64,000 bases of DNA from Planctomycetota bacterium (GCA_037129495.1 JBAXUW010000002.1:5498-69497), one strand, 5' to 3'; numbered from the stretch's first letter, positions 7,292 through 17,459 are shown. Program-made: numbers and translations. The notes: generated by a model not told the origin, from the sequence alone.

Positions 7292-9013
7292 ATGCAAATA
7301 CTCGCTAAAAAAAGCCCGAAATGGACGGCCTTCCGCTGGGGATACGTTTGCGCGGTCGCCTTGGTTTGGCCCGCTTGGATCCCAGCGGTTTTCTGGCATG
7401 AGTTGGAAATCGGAGTCGCATCGGCTCAGGAGCAGCCTGCTCAACAGGCTGGTTTTCGTCGGTTGGCCCCTGGCGTGCTCACCGTGATTCCGCCCCGGGC
7501 CAGCAGCGATTCCCATGCGAGCCGTGGCGATCTCCTTGAAGTGACCCGCGGTCTGGCGGATCAGGCGTGGGAACCGCGGCAGGGTGCAAAGCACACAACC
7601 CTCGTCGAACTGGCAAAGAACCTGGAATTTGAGCGGGACATCTGGTGCCTGGAATTTGCGTTTAAGCCGCCGCGTTTGATCGATGTAGACGTGCCAGTTG
7701 GCGAGCTGAAAATGCAGCGAAAGCGGCTCTGGTACCTCGTGTATCGCGTCCGGAATGCCGGCGGCCGCCGGACCGTCATCGATAAGGAAGACCCCACGCA
7801 GCGGACCATCAAGTCGTTTGAAACGCCCGTTCGTTTTCTGCCGCACTTTGTTCTGGAAAGCCACGAGGGGCTGGCCGAGTCGGAGGGGGAGACCGCCTAC
7901 CGCAGCTATCTCGACCGAGTGATTCCCAATGCCATCGATCCGATTCGCCGCCGCGAGGATCCAGCGAGGAAACTATTTAACAGCGCAGATATGGCCGCCA
8001 CAGACATCCTGCCTGGGGAAGAACGGTGGGGCGTGGCCGTTTGGCAAGACGTCGACCCGCGGATCGACTTCTTCTCCATCGCCGTCCGCGGGCTGACCAA
8101 TGCCATTCGCTGGCGCGAACAGGAAGGAGCGACGTTTGCCCGCAACCAGCCTCCGGCCTCCGAAATGGAGCATGCCCTAGAATGCCTGCAGCTCGACTTC
8201 TGGCGGCCCGGCGACGATCGCGACGAGGTCGAGGGGGAGATGACCGTCGGCTACGCCGGCATGTTTGAACGGATCACGCTCGGAGGCAAACTGCTGGAGG
8301 CAGCGGGCCGACCGCAGGTCGTCAAGTCACGGCCCGTGTCGGGCTTGGCCGATCTGAGCCTGTCGTGGACCGATCTGGTCGCTCCCAGCGGCAAAGATGG
8401 TGCCCCCGGCAGTGAACTGATGCCGCTGGCGAAGGTCGTACGAGCGGTCGATGCCGTCAAAGATCCGACTGCCCGCGGACCGCTTGTGAGGGCTGTTTTT
8501 GGCGACTTCGGGGTCGATTATTTTGAGCAGCTGTCTCGGGCACTGGCCGCCCCGGTGGATCCCGACCTAGAGGCCGCTCGCCGGGAGGTGTTGGCAGGCA
8601 TTGACCTCACTCCCGAAGTCGTTTTAAAACAGCCCCTGCCGTCACTTGCCAAGGTGCTTGAGTCGCTGGCGGGCTTGCCGGCAGGAGCCGCCCAGCAGCA
8701 GCGGGCGGCGGCCTTTTTCGGTCCGGCCGCTGGCCGATTGGGCAGCCTGACCAAGGAGCTGTCTTTGGCCCGCACGTTGGCCACGCTTGAAGATGTCGAC
8801 GTCGATCGGCGGCGGCTGGTGGCTGGCGACGGGCTGACGGCCTTCGACGCCATCTGGCCTGCCCTCCGTTCAAAGCAGAAGCCTGACGAGCAGCGGCAAC
8901 TGTTAATTGGCCTCTTCGGTCCCCGGGGCCCGTTGCTTTACGAAAAGGCCACGGAAGCCCCGGAGGGCATTGACCACGCCTGGGTTTTCAAGTACGAAAT
9001 AGCAGGAGAATAG
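7292..9013 (+). CDS. Large conserved-looking hypothetical protein with N-terminal signal anchor
   Basis: 573 aa from the ATG at 7292 (MQILAKKSPKW..; the ORF is open from a TTG at 7265). Hydrophobic segment WGYVCAVALVWPAWIPAVFW. No motif I can assign. Preceded by a ~300-bp AT-richer intergenic region. Confidence 0.7.
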   Translation: MQILAKKSPKWTAFRWGYVCAVALVWPAWIPAVFWHELEIGVASAQEQPAQQAGFRRLAPGVLTVIPPRASSDSHASRGDLLEVTRGLADQAWEPRQGAKHTTLVELAKNLEFERDIWCLEFAFKPPRLIDVDVPVGELKMQRKRLWYLVYRVRNAGGRRTVIDKEDPTQRTIKSFETPVRFLPHFVLESHEGLAESEGETAYRSYLDRVIPNAIDPIRRREDPARKLFNSADMAATDILPGEERWGVAVWQDVDPRIDFFSIAVRGLTNAIRWREQEGATFARNQPPASEMEHALECLQLDFWRPGDDRDEVEGEMTVGYAGMFERITLGGKLLEAAGRPQVVKSRPVSGLADLSLSWTDLVAPSGKDGAPGSELMPLAKVVRAVDAVKDPTARGPLVRAVFGDFGVDYFEQLSRALAAPVDPDLEAARREVLAGIDLTPEVVLKQPLPSLAKVLESLAGLPAGAAQQQRAAAFFGPAAGRLGSLTKELSLARTLATLEDVDVDRRRLVAGDGLTAFDAIWPALRSKQKPDEQRQLLIGLFGPRGPLLYEKATEAPEGIDHAWVFKYEIAGE

Positions 9014-9101
9014 TGGCCGTCAGAGAGCGAGTCACGACTTCTTTTTAGCGTACTGGTTCAAGCAAGTTCACTGCAGGAGCGCCCCGGCGCACTATTGAGA
9101 C

Positions 9102-9347
9102 ATGGCACATAAAAAAGCCGGGGGCTCCAGCCGCAACGGTCGTGATTCGAATGCCCAACGCCGCGGCATGAAAAAGTTTGGCGGGCAACAGGTTCGTGCT
9201 GGCAACATCCTCGTGCGTCAAGTGGGCTCCAAGTGGCACGCGGGTAGGAATGTCGGCACGGGCAGCGACTTCACGCTCTTTGCCCTCGTGGATGGCGTGG
9301 TCGGCTTCGACCGCGAGGGTCGCCGCATCAACGTGCTTGCTGGCTAA
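9102..9347 (+). CDS. rpmA: 50S ribosomal protein L27
   Basis: [29 protein letters not shown].. is a canonical L27 N-terminus. 81 aa. Confidence 0.97.
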   Translation: MAHKKAGGSSRNGRDSNAQRRGMKKFGGQQVRAGNILVRQVGSKWHAGRNVGTGSDFTLFALVDGVVGFDREGRRINVLAG

Positions 9348-9350
9348 ATT

Positions 9351-10340
9351 GTGTTTGTTGACCGCGTGCAAATTGAAGTGGCAGCGGGCAGCGGCGGACG
9401 CGGTTGCAAGAGCTTTCGTCGCGAAAAATATATCCCGCTGGGTGGTCCTGACGGTGGCAACGGCGGTGACGGCGGCAGCGTCATCATGCGGGCGCAGGCC
9501 GGAGTCGATTCTCTGGCCCCTCTTTCGCACCGCAAACAATGGCGGGGCCATAGTGGTGATTCGGGTGGCCCAAAAAATTGTCATGGTCGCAAGGCGGAGG
9601 ATATCGTGTTGCTCGTGCCCCCCGGCACCGTCATTATTGATGAGGTCACGGGGCTCGTGCTCAAGGATCTCGCTACGGCAGGTGAATCGATCATTGCAGC
9701 CAAAGGAGGGCAAGGGGGCTGGGGCAACCTCCATTTCAAGTCCTCTACCAACCGGGCTCCCCGCGAGACAACGCCTGGGGAAAAGGGCGAGTCTCGCCGC
9801 CTGATGTTGGAACTGAAGGTGATTGCAGATGTTGGGCTGGTGGGCAAACCAAACGCCGGCAAAAGTACGCTGCTCTCTCGGCTCTCGCGGGCCCGTCCCG
9901 AGATCGCCGACTACGCGTTCACCACGAAGTCGCCAATGCTCGGCATCGTGGCGATCTCACGAGATCGGAGTTTTGTGCTCGCCGACCTGCCGGGGCTGAT
10001 CGAGGGGGCTCACGCGGGCATTGGGCTAGGCCATGAATTTTTGCGGCATGTGGAGCGGGCTGGCATCCTCGTGCACGTAGTCGAATCGGCCCCCGTCGAT
10101 GGCAGTAATCCACTCATGAATTACGAGGCGATTCGCCAGGAACTGATCCGCTACGATGAAGATCTGGGCCGCAGACCAGAAATCGTGGTTGTCAGCAAGT
10201 GCGAACTCCCCGGTACCGAGGAGATCCGGGCTGCGCTCCAGACGGCCATTGGCCGGGAAGTGATCGCGCTGAGCGCCGTGACAGGGCAGGGGCTAGACCG
10301 GCTGCTGGCGGCCGTGGTGGCCAAACTTGACGCCGCTTGA
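9351..10340 (+). CDS. obg: GTPase Obg/CgtA
   Basis: MFVDRVQIEVAAGSGGRGCKSFRREKYIPLGGPDGGNGGDGGSVI is the Obg fold. G-motifs GKPNAGKST, DLPGLIEGA and SKCE. GTG start 4 nt after rpmA. Confidence 0.97.
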   Translation: MFVDRVQIEVAAGSGGRGCKSFRREKYIPLGGPDGGNGGDGGSVIMRAQAGVDSLAPLSHRKQWRGHSGDSGGPKNCHGRKAEDIVLLVPPGTVIIDEVTGLVLKDLATAGESIIAAKGGQGGWGNLHFKSSTNRAPRETTPGEKGESRRLMLELKVIADVGLVGKPNAGKSTLLSRLSRARPEIADYAFTTKSPMLGIVAISRDRSFVLADLPGLIEGAHAGIGLGHEFLRHVERAGILVHVVESAPVDGSNPLMNYEAIRQELIRYDEDLGRRPEIVVVSKCELPGTEEIRAALQTAIGREVIALSAVTGQGLDRLLAAVVAKLDAA

Positions 10341-10565
10341 AGCCGGCTACAATGCTGGTCTCGTGAACCGTCTTGACGCCGGCCAATTTTTCCGGACGTT
10401 ATGAGGCTGTTTCAAGGAACGAGCTAGGCGCTGTGGAACCCAAGGACGATTCCCCCATCACTTCGGCCAGGACTCGGCCGAGACACTTCGGCAGTGGTCT
10501 CTATGCCTCAGTGGTCCCTCGGCCTTCGTGGTCCCTGGGCCTCAGGGGTCGATAGGCTCTGGCGG

Positions 10566-11828
10566 ATGCCACGGAGAAAACAGACGATGCAAGGCTGCCT
10601 ATCCAAGCGTTCTGAGCCCGCAGAGGGCGTTTTCGAAGCAGAACTTCCCAGCGGCGAACACCCCGCTCAGAATGAACACCCCGAGAACGAACTCTCGCAG
10701 ATGGATTTGGAGGGATTTGGGGAATCAATCGAGAAGCTGCGGAAGAGTGTCTACGGCACGATCTCGCAGGACGATTTCGCGCATCTTCGCCGGGTCGAGC
10801 GGTGGGGCAGGATAGCAACCGCCATCGGTTATCTGACCGCCTGGATTATTCCCAATCCCATCACAGCCTTCGCGCTGGCCCTCGGACAATCGACGCGCTG
10901 GCTACTCGCTCACCATATTACGCACCGGGGGTATGACCGGGTGCCGGGGATCCCAGCCCGTTACACAAGCCGGGGCTTTGCCAAGGGCTGGCGGCGATAT
11001 ATCGATTGGTTTGACTGGATCGAACCCGCCGCTTGGGATTACGAGCACAATCAACTGCATCATTATCACACGGCGGAAGAGACAGACCCTGACCAGGTTG
11101 AGCGGCACGTCGACTTTCTCCGCAACATGAAGATCCCGATCTTTATCAAGCAGGCTTTTCTGGCGGTGGTGGCGCTGACGTGGAAATACACCTACTACGC
11201 GCCGAAGACGATGAGCGTGCTCGATCCTGACACGCGGCGGAGGATCAAAAGCGACCACATCCTCTACATCTCGATCTGTAATGTCTTTAACCTTCGGAGC
11301 CGGGTCGTGCGGTCGTTGTGGCAGCGGTCATACCTGCCCTACTTCTCATGGCACTTTCTCGTTATTCCCTGCCTTTTCCTGCCGCTAGGAACGCGGGCGG
11401 CGGTATTTGTCTTGATCAATAAAATCCTGGCTGAATGCATCGCGAATCTGCATTCGTTTCTGGTGATCGGCCCGAATCACACGGCTGACGATCTCTACCG
11501 GTTCGATTTTCATTACCGGGATCGCAAGGAGTTTTACGCCACTCAGGTGCTCAGTTCTGCCAATTTTCACTGCGGCAACGACTTTGTGGATTACATGAGC
11601 CTCTGGCTCAACTACCAGATTGAGCATCATCTGTTCCCCGACTTGCCGATGACGAAATACCGGGAACTCCAGCCGGTCATCAAGGCCCTCTGTGAGCAAC
11701 ACGGGATCCCCTACCGGCAGGAATCAGTCTGGAAGCGGTTCTCCCGGATGGCGGACGTCTGCGTCGGAAAGACGAGTGGCATGCGGCTGCAGAGCCTGCC
11801 TGCTCCGCGGGACCTCGTGACCGTCTAG
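10566..11828 (+). CDS. Membrane fatty-acid desaturase family protein
   Basis: Three histidine boxes (HHITHRGY, HNQLHHYH, QIEHHLFP) and hydrophobic segments. The start is uncertain: ORF open from 10494, ATGs at 10566 and 10587. Confidence 0.85.
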   Translation: MPRRKQTMQGCLSKRSEPAEGVFEAELPSGEHPAQNEHPENELSQMDLEGFGESIEKLRKSVYGTISQDDFAHLRRVERWGRIATAIGYLTAWIIPNPITAFALALGQSTRWLLAHHITHRGYDRVPGIPARYTSRGFAKGWRRYIDWFDWIEPAAWDYEHNQLHHYHTAEETDPDQVERHVDFLRNMKIPIFIKQAFLAVVALTWKYTYYAPKTMSVLDPDTRRRIKSDHILYISICNVFNLRSRVVRSLWQRSYLPYFSWHFLVIPCLFLPLGTRAAVFVLINKILAECIANLHSFLVIGPNHTADDLYRFDFHYRDRKEFYATQVLSSANFHCGNDFVDYMSLWLNYQIEHHLFPDLPMTKYRELQPVIKALCEQHGIPYRQESVWKRFSRMADVCVGKTSGMRLQSLPAPRDLVTV

Positions 11829-11867
11829 CTTTGCAGAAACGCACCGCCGGAAGGGCCGATCTGTCGC

Positions 11868-12722
11868 ATGCCAACTCAATCGACCGCCCCGATCTGCCTG
11901 GGCGACACCGTGCTTGTAGCGGACGTTGGTAATTCGCGGATCAAGCTGGCCGTCGTTGCCGACCACGGGATCAACGTCCACGGTCGGCGGGGTCTGCCGA
12001 CCGTGGGAAAGCGACAGGACCTCGACAGCCACAGCTTTCGACCAGCGAATCTGGAAACCTGGCTCAATGCGGCGGCGCCCGGCTCTGCCGTGATGCTCGT
12101 TGCCAGCGTGCACGACGCCGCCGCAGCCCGGCTCGAGGCTGCGATTGCCGAACTCTCCGCCATCCGCCACCGCCCCCTGCGGCAGCGACGGATTCTGCAT
12201 GGCGATCTGCCGCTTGAGATCGCCGTTCCCGAGCCGCACAAGGTGGGCATCGACCGACTGTCTTCTGCCGCGGCCGCTGGCCTTGTTCGCGGGCCCGGAC
12301 GGGCGCTGATCATCGTTGATTGTGGCACCGCCGCGACGGTCGACCTGCTGTCGACTGCCGGCGTGTTTCTCGGCGGTGCCATTCTCCCCGGTCCGGCGCT
12401 GATGGCCCGAGCGCTTGCGGAGGGCACGAGTCGTCTGCCCGCCGTGGCGGCTTTGGAGCAGGCGCTGCCCCCCTCCATGCCCGGCCGCTCAACGCAGGAG
12501 GCGATCGCCGCCGGCATTGGCTGGGGTATCCGCGGCGCGATCGCTAGGCTCGTTGACAAGGCCCGGGCCGCTCTCGGCAGCGACACCGGCACAGAGGTCG
12601 ATGTCATCCTCACCGGTGGCTGGCGGGGCGCGATCCGTGATGCCCTGCCGGGGGCGATCGAGATGCCGGATCTCGTGCTCGCCGGCATCGCGCTGGCGGC
12701 GGAGCGGGCCTGCTCGCGGTGA
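11868..12722 (+). CDS. coaX: Type III pantothenate kinase
   Basis: VLVADVGNSRIKLAVV, GIDRLSSAAAA, IIVDCGTAATVDLL and GGAILPGPAL are CoaX/Bvg-accessory-factor family motifs. Confidence 0.9.
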   Translation: MPTQSTAPICLGDTVLVADVGNSRIKLAVVADHGINVHGRRGLPTVGKRQDLDSHSFRPANLETWLNAAAPGSAVMLVASVHDAAAARLEAAIAELSAIRHRPLRQRRILHGDLPLEIAVPEPHKVGIDRLSSAAAAGLVRGPGRALIIVDCGTAATVDLLSTAGVFLGGAILPGPALMARALAEGTSRLPAVAALEQALPPSMPGRSTQEAIAAGIGWGIRGAIARLVDKARAALGSDTGTEVDVILTGGWRGAIRDALPGAIEMPDLVLAGIALAAERACSR

Positions 12723-12873
12723 ACGCACGGTTCTTTGAGCACGCTCCGGAATTCCGGGTAGAATCCCCGAAGGTCGTGATCTGTTCTGATCCCGTTTCCC
12801 GCCCGACCATCAGCATCAGGATTCCGAGCTTCCCGCGCTTCCACAGCTTCCCGAGCTTCCACAGCATACAGCA

Positions 12874-13296
12874 TTGAGCAGAGCCTTGAGCACAGCATCG
12901 CAGGCCCAACCACACACTAACCTCGCCCTCCAAAGGGCGCTCGTGGCGGCACGGGTAGCCGACGAAAACCGCGGTACCGACGTGCACGTCCTTGATCTTC
13001 GCGGCCTCACACAAATTTTTGATTATTTTGTGGTGGTCACCGGCTCTAGCCGTCGACAACTCCATGCCATGGCCGACGATATCGGGCAGGTCATGAAGAA
13101 GGAGATGCACGACACCCGCCGCGGCCTCGAGGGCTACGAGGAGGGTCGCTGGATCGTGCTTGACTACGGCGACGTGGTCGTACACCTGTTTGATGCCGAA
13201 GCGCGTGAATTTTGGGATCTCGAGCAGCTCTGGAGCGGCTGCAAGCCTGTGCCACTGCCCGTCTCCGAAGCAGCTGTCGGCGGAGCGGGCCGGTGA
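12874..13296 (+). CDS. rsfS: Ribosome silencing factor RsfS (Iojap family)
   Basis: DVHVLDLRGLTQIFDYFVVVTGSSRRQLHAMADDI.. and WIVLDYGDVVVHLFDAEAREFWDLEQLW. TTG start. Confidence 0.9.
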   Translation: MSRALSTASQAQPHTNLALQRALVAARVADENRGTDVHVLDLRGLTQIFDYFVVVTGSSRRQLHAMADDIGQVMKKEMHDTRRGLEGYEEGRWIVLDYGDVVVHLFDAEAREFWDLEQLWSGCKPVPLPVSEAAVGGAGR

Positions 13297-13379
13297 CGGA
13301 GCCGGGAGCCAACTCTGGTGGGTTGCAGCCGCGACATGAGAGCCAAGGCTTTCATGGCTTTCGCGAAGCGGCCCGCCGC

Positions 13380-15185
13380 ATGTTTTACGACGCCCTCCAG
13401 CGGCTCTCCGCAGAGGGCGTCTTGGCCATCGCTGCCGACGAACTGCCGGGGCTTGTGGAACAGGTCCGCGAGACGGCAGATCCCAAGTTTGGCGATTATT
13501 CAGGCACGATGGCGATGGCGCTTGCCAAACGGGCCGGCCAGAAGCCCCGGGATGTCGCCATCGAGATCATCCGCCGGCTCGACGTGGGAGACCTGTTCGA
13601 TCCGCCGACGGAGCCCGTTGGCCCCGGGTTCATCAACCTCCGGGTTCGCGATGACGCCCTGGCCCTGGCAGTGGTGGCCGCCAGCCGCGACCCTCGGATG
13701 GGAGTCGCGCCGGTCGATGTCCCGGAGACGATCGTCATCGACTTCGGCGGGCCGAATGTTGCCAAGCCGATGCACGTGGGCCACATTCGCTCGACAGTGA
13801 TTGGCGATGCCCTCGCGCGGATCCTCGAATTTCGTGGCCATATTACGATCACCGATGACCACTTGGGCGACTGGGGAACCCAGTTCGGCATGATCCTGTG
13901 GGGATGGAAGCACTGCCGTGACGCTGTCCGATTTGCTGCCGACCCGACCCGCGAACTCGGCCGGCTCTACCGGCTGGTGCGAAAGGTTGCCGACAGCAAG
14001 CCGGAGGAACTCGCCTGCGACCCCGAGGCGGCAGCCCTAGCGGCCCGTTACCCGGAGACCAGCCGGGAAGTGCTTCACGAAACTGCGAAGCTGCACGAGG
14101 GCGACCCCGAGAGCCGGGCGCTCTGGAAGCAGTTCATGCCGTTGTGTCGGGCTGAGATCGACCGGATCTTTTCGCGTCTGCACGTCACCTTCGACCACAC
14201 GCTTGGCGAGAGCTTTTATCAGCCGATGCTGGCGAGCGTGGTGGCGGAGCTGATGGCGGATCAGGCCGTGCGGGCCCGGGCAAGCCGCGGGGCGATCGGC
14301 ATCTTTCTCAACGGCGATGATTCGCCCCCCTTCCTCATCCGCAAGGCGGACGGCGCGTTTCTGTATGCGACGACCGATCTGGCGACATTGAAGTGGCGAA
14401 TGGAACACTGGAAGCCCGACCGCATCCTCTACGTTGTTGATAGCCGGCAGGGACCCCATTTCGAGCAGTTGTTCGCGACGGCGAAGCTCTGGGGATGCGG
14501 TGACAGACAGCGGATCAATGGCGTGGAACTCGTCCACGTCGCCTTCGGCACAGTTCTGGGCGAGGATGGAAAGCCGTTCAAGACGCGGGCTGGCGACACG
14601 GTGGGGCTTGAGTCTCTGCTCGACGAGGGGGTTGAGCGGGCGTTGCAGATCGTGGGCAGCGGCGAGGAGGGCCGCGGTGGGCTCAGCGTGGCCGACCGAC
14701 GGCACGTCGCTGAGACCGTCGGGATCGGCGCGGTCAAATACGCCGATCTCTGTCAGAACCGCACCACCGACTATGTCTTCAGCTTCGACAAGATGTTGCA
14801 GCTCACGGGCAACACGGCCGCCTACATGCAGTACGCCGTGGCCCGCGTGGAAGGCATCTTCAGCCGGGCTGGCATCGATCGCGCGGCCCTCCGGGAGTCC
14901 GCCGCCAGCGTGCGGCTGTCGACCCCGCAGGAGCGGGCGCTCGCGCTTGAGCTCGTGCGGTTTTCCGAGGCGATCGAGGACGTGGAGACCGACTACCGTC
15001 CCAACGTCTTGACGGCCTGGCTCTTTAGGCTGGCCGGCTGCTATTCGAGCTTCTACGACGCCCTACCAGTGCTGAAGGCCGAGGGAAACGATCGCGATAG
15101 TCGCCTCGCCCTCTGCGATCTCACCGGCCGGATCCTGAGGCAAGGGCTTGAACTGCTCGGCATTGGCACCGTCGAAAAGATGTGA
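13380..15185 (+). CDS. argS: Arginine--tRNA ligase
   Basis: ATG at 13380 (MFYDALQRL..). Class I HIGH region PNVAKPMHVGHIRST. C-terminal anticodon-binding end ..LLGIGTVEKM. The upstream part of the 13212 ORF overlaps rsfS. Confidence 0.95.
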   Translation: MFYDALQRLSAEGVLAIAADELPGLVEQVRETADPKFGDYSGTMAMALAKRAGQKPRDVAIEIIRRLDVGDLFDPPTEPVGPGFINLRVRDDALALAVVAASRDPRMGVAPVDVPETIVIDFGGPNVAKPMHVGHIRSTVIGDALARILEFRGHITITDDHLGDWGTQFGMILWGWKHCRDAVRFAADPTRELGRLYRLVRKVADSKPEELACDPEAAALAARYPETSREVLHETAKLHEGDPESRALWKQFMPLCRAEIDRIFSRLHVTFDHTLGESFYQPMLASVVAELMADQAVRARASRGAIGIFLNGDDSPPFLIRKADGAFLYATTDLATLKWRMEHWKPDRILYVVDSRQGPHFEQLFATAKLWGCGDRQRINGVELVHVAFGTVLGEDGKPFKTRAGDTVGLESLLDEGVERALQIVGSGEEGRGGLSVADRRHVAETVGIGAVKYADLCQNRTTDYVFSFDKMLQLTGNTAAYMQYAVARVEGIFSRAGIDRAALRESAASVRLSTPQERALALELVRFSEAIEDVETDYRPNVLTAWLFRLAGCYSSFYDALPVLKAEGNDRDSRLALCDLTGRILRQGLELLGIGTVEKM

Positions 15186-15198
15186 GGGAGGGAGCGGC

Positions 15199-17328
15199 AT
15201 GAGCCGGCAACTCGATAAAATTCGAAATATCGGGATCATCGCTCACATCGATGCGGGGAAGACCACGCTCACGGAGCGACTGCTGTTTTTCACAAAAACA
15301 AGCCACCGACTCGGCGACGTCGACCGTGGCACCACGATCACCGATTTCGATCCCGAGGAGCAGGAGCGGGGGATCACGATCTACTCGGCGGCGGTGACTT
15401 TTCGCTGGCAGGATGTGACGGTCAACCTGATCGATACGCCGGGCCATGTTGATTTCACCGCCGAGGTAGAACGAAGCCTGCGGGTGCTTGACGGCGCAGT
15501 CGTGGTCTTTTCGGCCCGCGAGGGGGTCGAGGCACAGAGCGAGACGGTCTGGCGGCAGGCCGACAAATACGCCGTACCGCGGATCGCGCTTGTCAACAAG
15601 CTCGACCGCGAAGGGGCCGACTTTTTTGGCACAGTCGACCAAATCCGTGAGCGGCTGGCCGCCCGACCACTCATCCTGCAGGTGCCTCTGGGGCTGGGCC
15701 CCCCTCACGTCAAGAATCCCTTCCGTGGGTTGGTCGATCTTGTGGAGATGCAGCTGCTCACGTTTCCCTCGAAGGAGGAGACTCTGGAGGGTGGGGCCGG
15801 CGCCGCGATCTGCACCACGGGACCGATTCCCGAGGAATTGGCTGAGGTGGCGGCGGAATGGCGGGAGCAGCTCGTTTCCACGCTCTTCGACTTTTCAGAC
15901 GAACTGGCCGAACTGGCCCTTGGCGAGACGCCGATTCCGGCGGAACTGATGCGGAAGGCGATCCGGCAGGCAACGATCGCGCGGCACGTGGTGCCCGTGC
16001 TCTGTGGGTCGGCGCTCGACTGCATCGGCGTGCAGCCGGTGCTCGATGCCATCGCCTGGTACCTGCCGAGCCCTGCAGACGTGCCGCCGGTTCAAGGAAT
16101 TGACCCAGCGTCCCTCGATGGGAGGAAGAAAGGGGGCCAGGCAGCGACCCCGGCGGTGCTCACGCGGAAGGCCGATCCGCAGGCGCCGTTCTGCGGCCTT
16201 GTCTTTAAAATCATCCCCGAAAAGCACGGCGACTTGTCGTTTGTCCGAGTCTATTCTGGCACGCTGAAGGCGGGCAGCAGGGTCTGGAATCCGCTGCGGC
16301 AGAAGAAGGAAAACGTCGCCCAACTCTGGCATGTTCAGGCCGATCGGCGGGAGCAGATCGAGCAAGCCGAGGCTGGGGACATCGTCGGCCTCATCGGCCC
16401 CCGCGCGAGCATCACCGGCGACACGCTCTGCGATGCCAGCGCCCCGATTCTCCTCGAACAGATTCAGTTTCCGGAAACGGTTATTTCGATGGCGATCGAG
16501 CCGGAAACCAGCCTTGAGCGCAAGAAGTTGGCCGATGTGCTCGAGATGATGAAGCGGCAGGACCCGACGTTCCGGGCGGTCGAGAGCGAGGAAACGGGGC
16601 AGACGCTGATCTCCGGCATGGGCGAGTTGCATCTGGAAGTGATCCGGCATCGGCTGGAACGGGATTTCAAGCTCCACTGCCGCGTTCATAAGCCGCGGGT
16701 GAGCTACAAGGAGACGCTCGCCCGCGCGGTGACCGTGAGCGGGCAGATCAACCGCCAGGTTGCCGGCCAGACCTACATCGCGACAGTCACCGTCCGGGCC
16801 GAACCAACGAGCGAGCAGGCAGTTCCGGTCGTAGAGCAGGGCTGGTTTCCGCAGTCTGAGGCGACCGCCGCCTTGGCAGCGACGATGACGCAGTCTGTCC
16901 GCGAGAGTGCTGAGCGGGGGGGACTGAAGGGGTGTCCGCTCTGGGCAGTGCGGATCGTGGTTCTGGAGAGCCCGCTCCCCGACCCGCCGCCAAGCGACGT
17001 GGCGATCCGGATGGCGGCGGCCGAATGCATTGACCGTTTGCTCGACGAGGCCGGCAGCGTGCTCCTCGAACCGGTGATGCGGGTGGAGGTAACGGTGCCG
17101 GAGGAGTATCTCGGGGATGTAATCAACGACCTCCAGCAACGGCGGGCAATGATTACAAACACCGAAATTCGCGCGGGCATGAACGTGCTGACGGCGGAGG
17201 CACCGCTGGCGAGCATGTTTGGCTATTCCGCGGCCGTGCGCAGCGCAAGCCAGGGTCGGGCAAGTTTCACGATGGCACCCCTCAAATACGGCCCGGCCCC
17301 GGCCGAAACTGCCGACGCTTTCGTCTAG
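15199..17328 (+). CDS. Elongation factor G-like GTPase (divergent EF-G paralogue)
   Basis: IRNIGIIAHIDAGKTTLTERLLF, RGITI, DTPGHVDF and NKLD G-motifs, with the EF-G five-domain length (709 aa). The canonical QSGGRGQYG and SYHDVDSS domain-IV segments are replaced by QVAGQTYIA and SPLPDPPPSD. Confidence 0.9.
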   Translation: MSRQLDKIRNIGIIAHIDAGKTTLTERLLFFTKTSHRLGDVDRGTTITDFDPEEQERGITIYSAAVTFRWQDVTVNLIDTPGHVDFTAEVERSLRVLDGAVVVFSAREGVEAQSETVWRQADKYAVPRIALVNKLDREGADFFGTVDQIRERLAARPLILQVPLGLGPPHVKNPFRGLVDLVEMQLLTFPSKEETLEGGAGAAICTTGPIPEELAEVAAEWREQLVSTLFDFSDELAELALGETPIPAELMRKAIRQATIARHVVPVLCGSALDCIGVQPVLDAIAWYLPSPADVPPVQGIDPASLDGRKKGGQAATPAVLTRKADPQAPFCGLVFKIIPEKHGDLSFVRVYSGTLKAGSRVWNPLRQKKENVAQLWHVQADRREQIEQAEAGDIVGLIGPRASITGDTLCDASAPILLEQIQFPETVISMAIEPETSLERKKLADVLEMMKRQDPTFRAVESEETGQTLISGMGELHLEVIRHRLERDFKLHCRVHKPRVSYKETLARAVTVSGQINRQVAGQTYIATVTVRAEPTSEQAVPVVEQGWFPQSEATAALAATMTQSVRESAERGGLKGCPLWAVRIVVLESPLPDPPPSDVAIRMAAAECIDRLLDEAGSVLLEPVMRVEVTVPEEYLGDVINDLQQRRAMITNTEIRAGMNVLTAEAPLASMFGYSAAVRSASQGRASFTMAPLKYGPAPAETADAFV

Positions 17329-17436
17329 CGGGCACTTTTCGGATTTTTGCCGCTCAGTGTGCCGCTCAAAGCGGTGCAGTCAATGAAATTTTTATGTCTA
17401 AGGTGCCTAAAAATCGACCAAAATCACATTTTTACG

Positions 17437-17459
17437 GTCAACACGCACAGCGTGTTGAC
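17437..17459. promoter_or_regulatory. Perfect 10-bp inverted repeat (GTCAACACGC-aca-GCGTGTTGAC) overlapping the putative -35 element
   Basis: Read directly from the sequence. Located in the 407-bp AT-richer spacer between the EF-G-like gene and rpsJ. Could be an operator or an RNA hairpin. Confidence 0.4.

Noticed and set aside
10500-10550. Imperfect direct repeat GTGGTCCCTCGGCCT / GTGGTCCCTGGGCCT upstream of or within the 5' end of the desaturase ORF.
   Set aside because: There are only two imperfect copies, and they may lie inside the coding region depending on the true start. There is no further pattern.
12818-12860. Short tandem-like AGCTTCCCG(N)GCTTCCACAGC x2 upstream of rsfS.
   Set aside because: There are two degenerate copies only, and I see no associated structure or gene effect.
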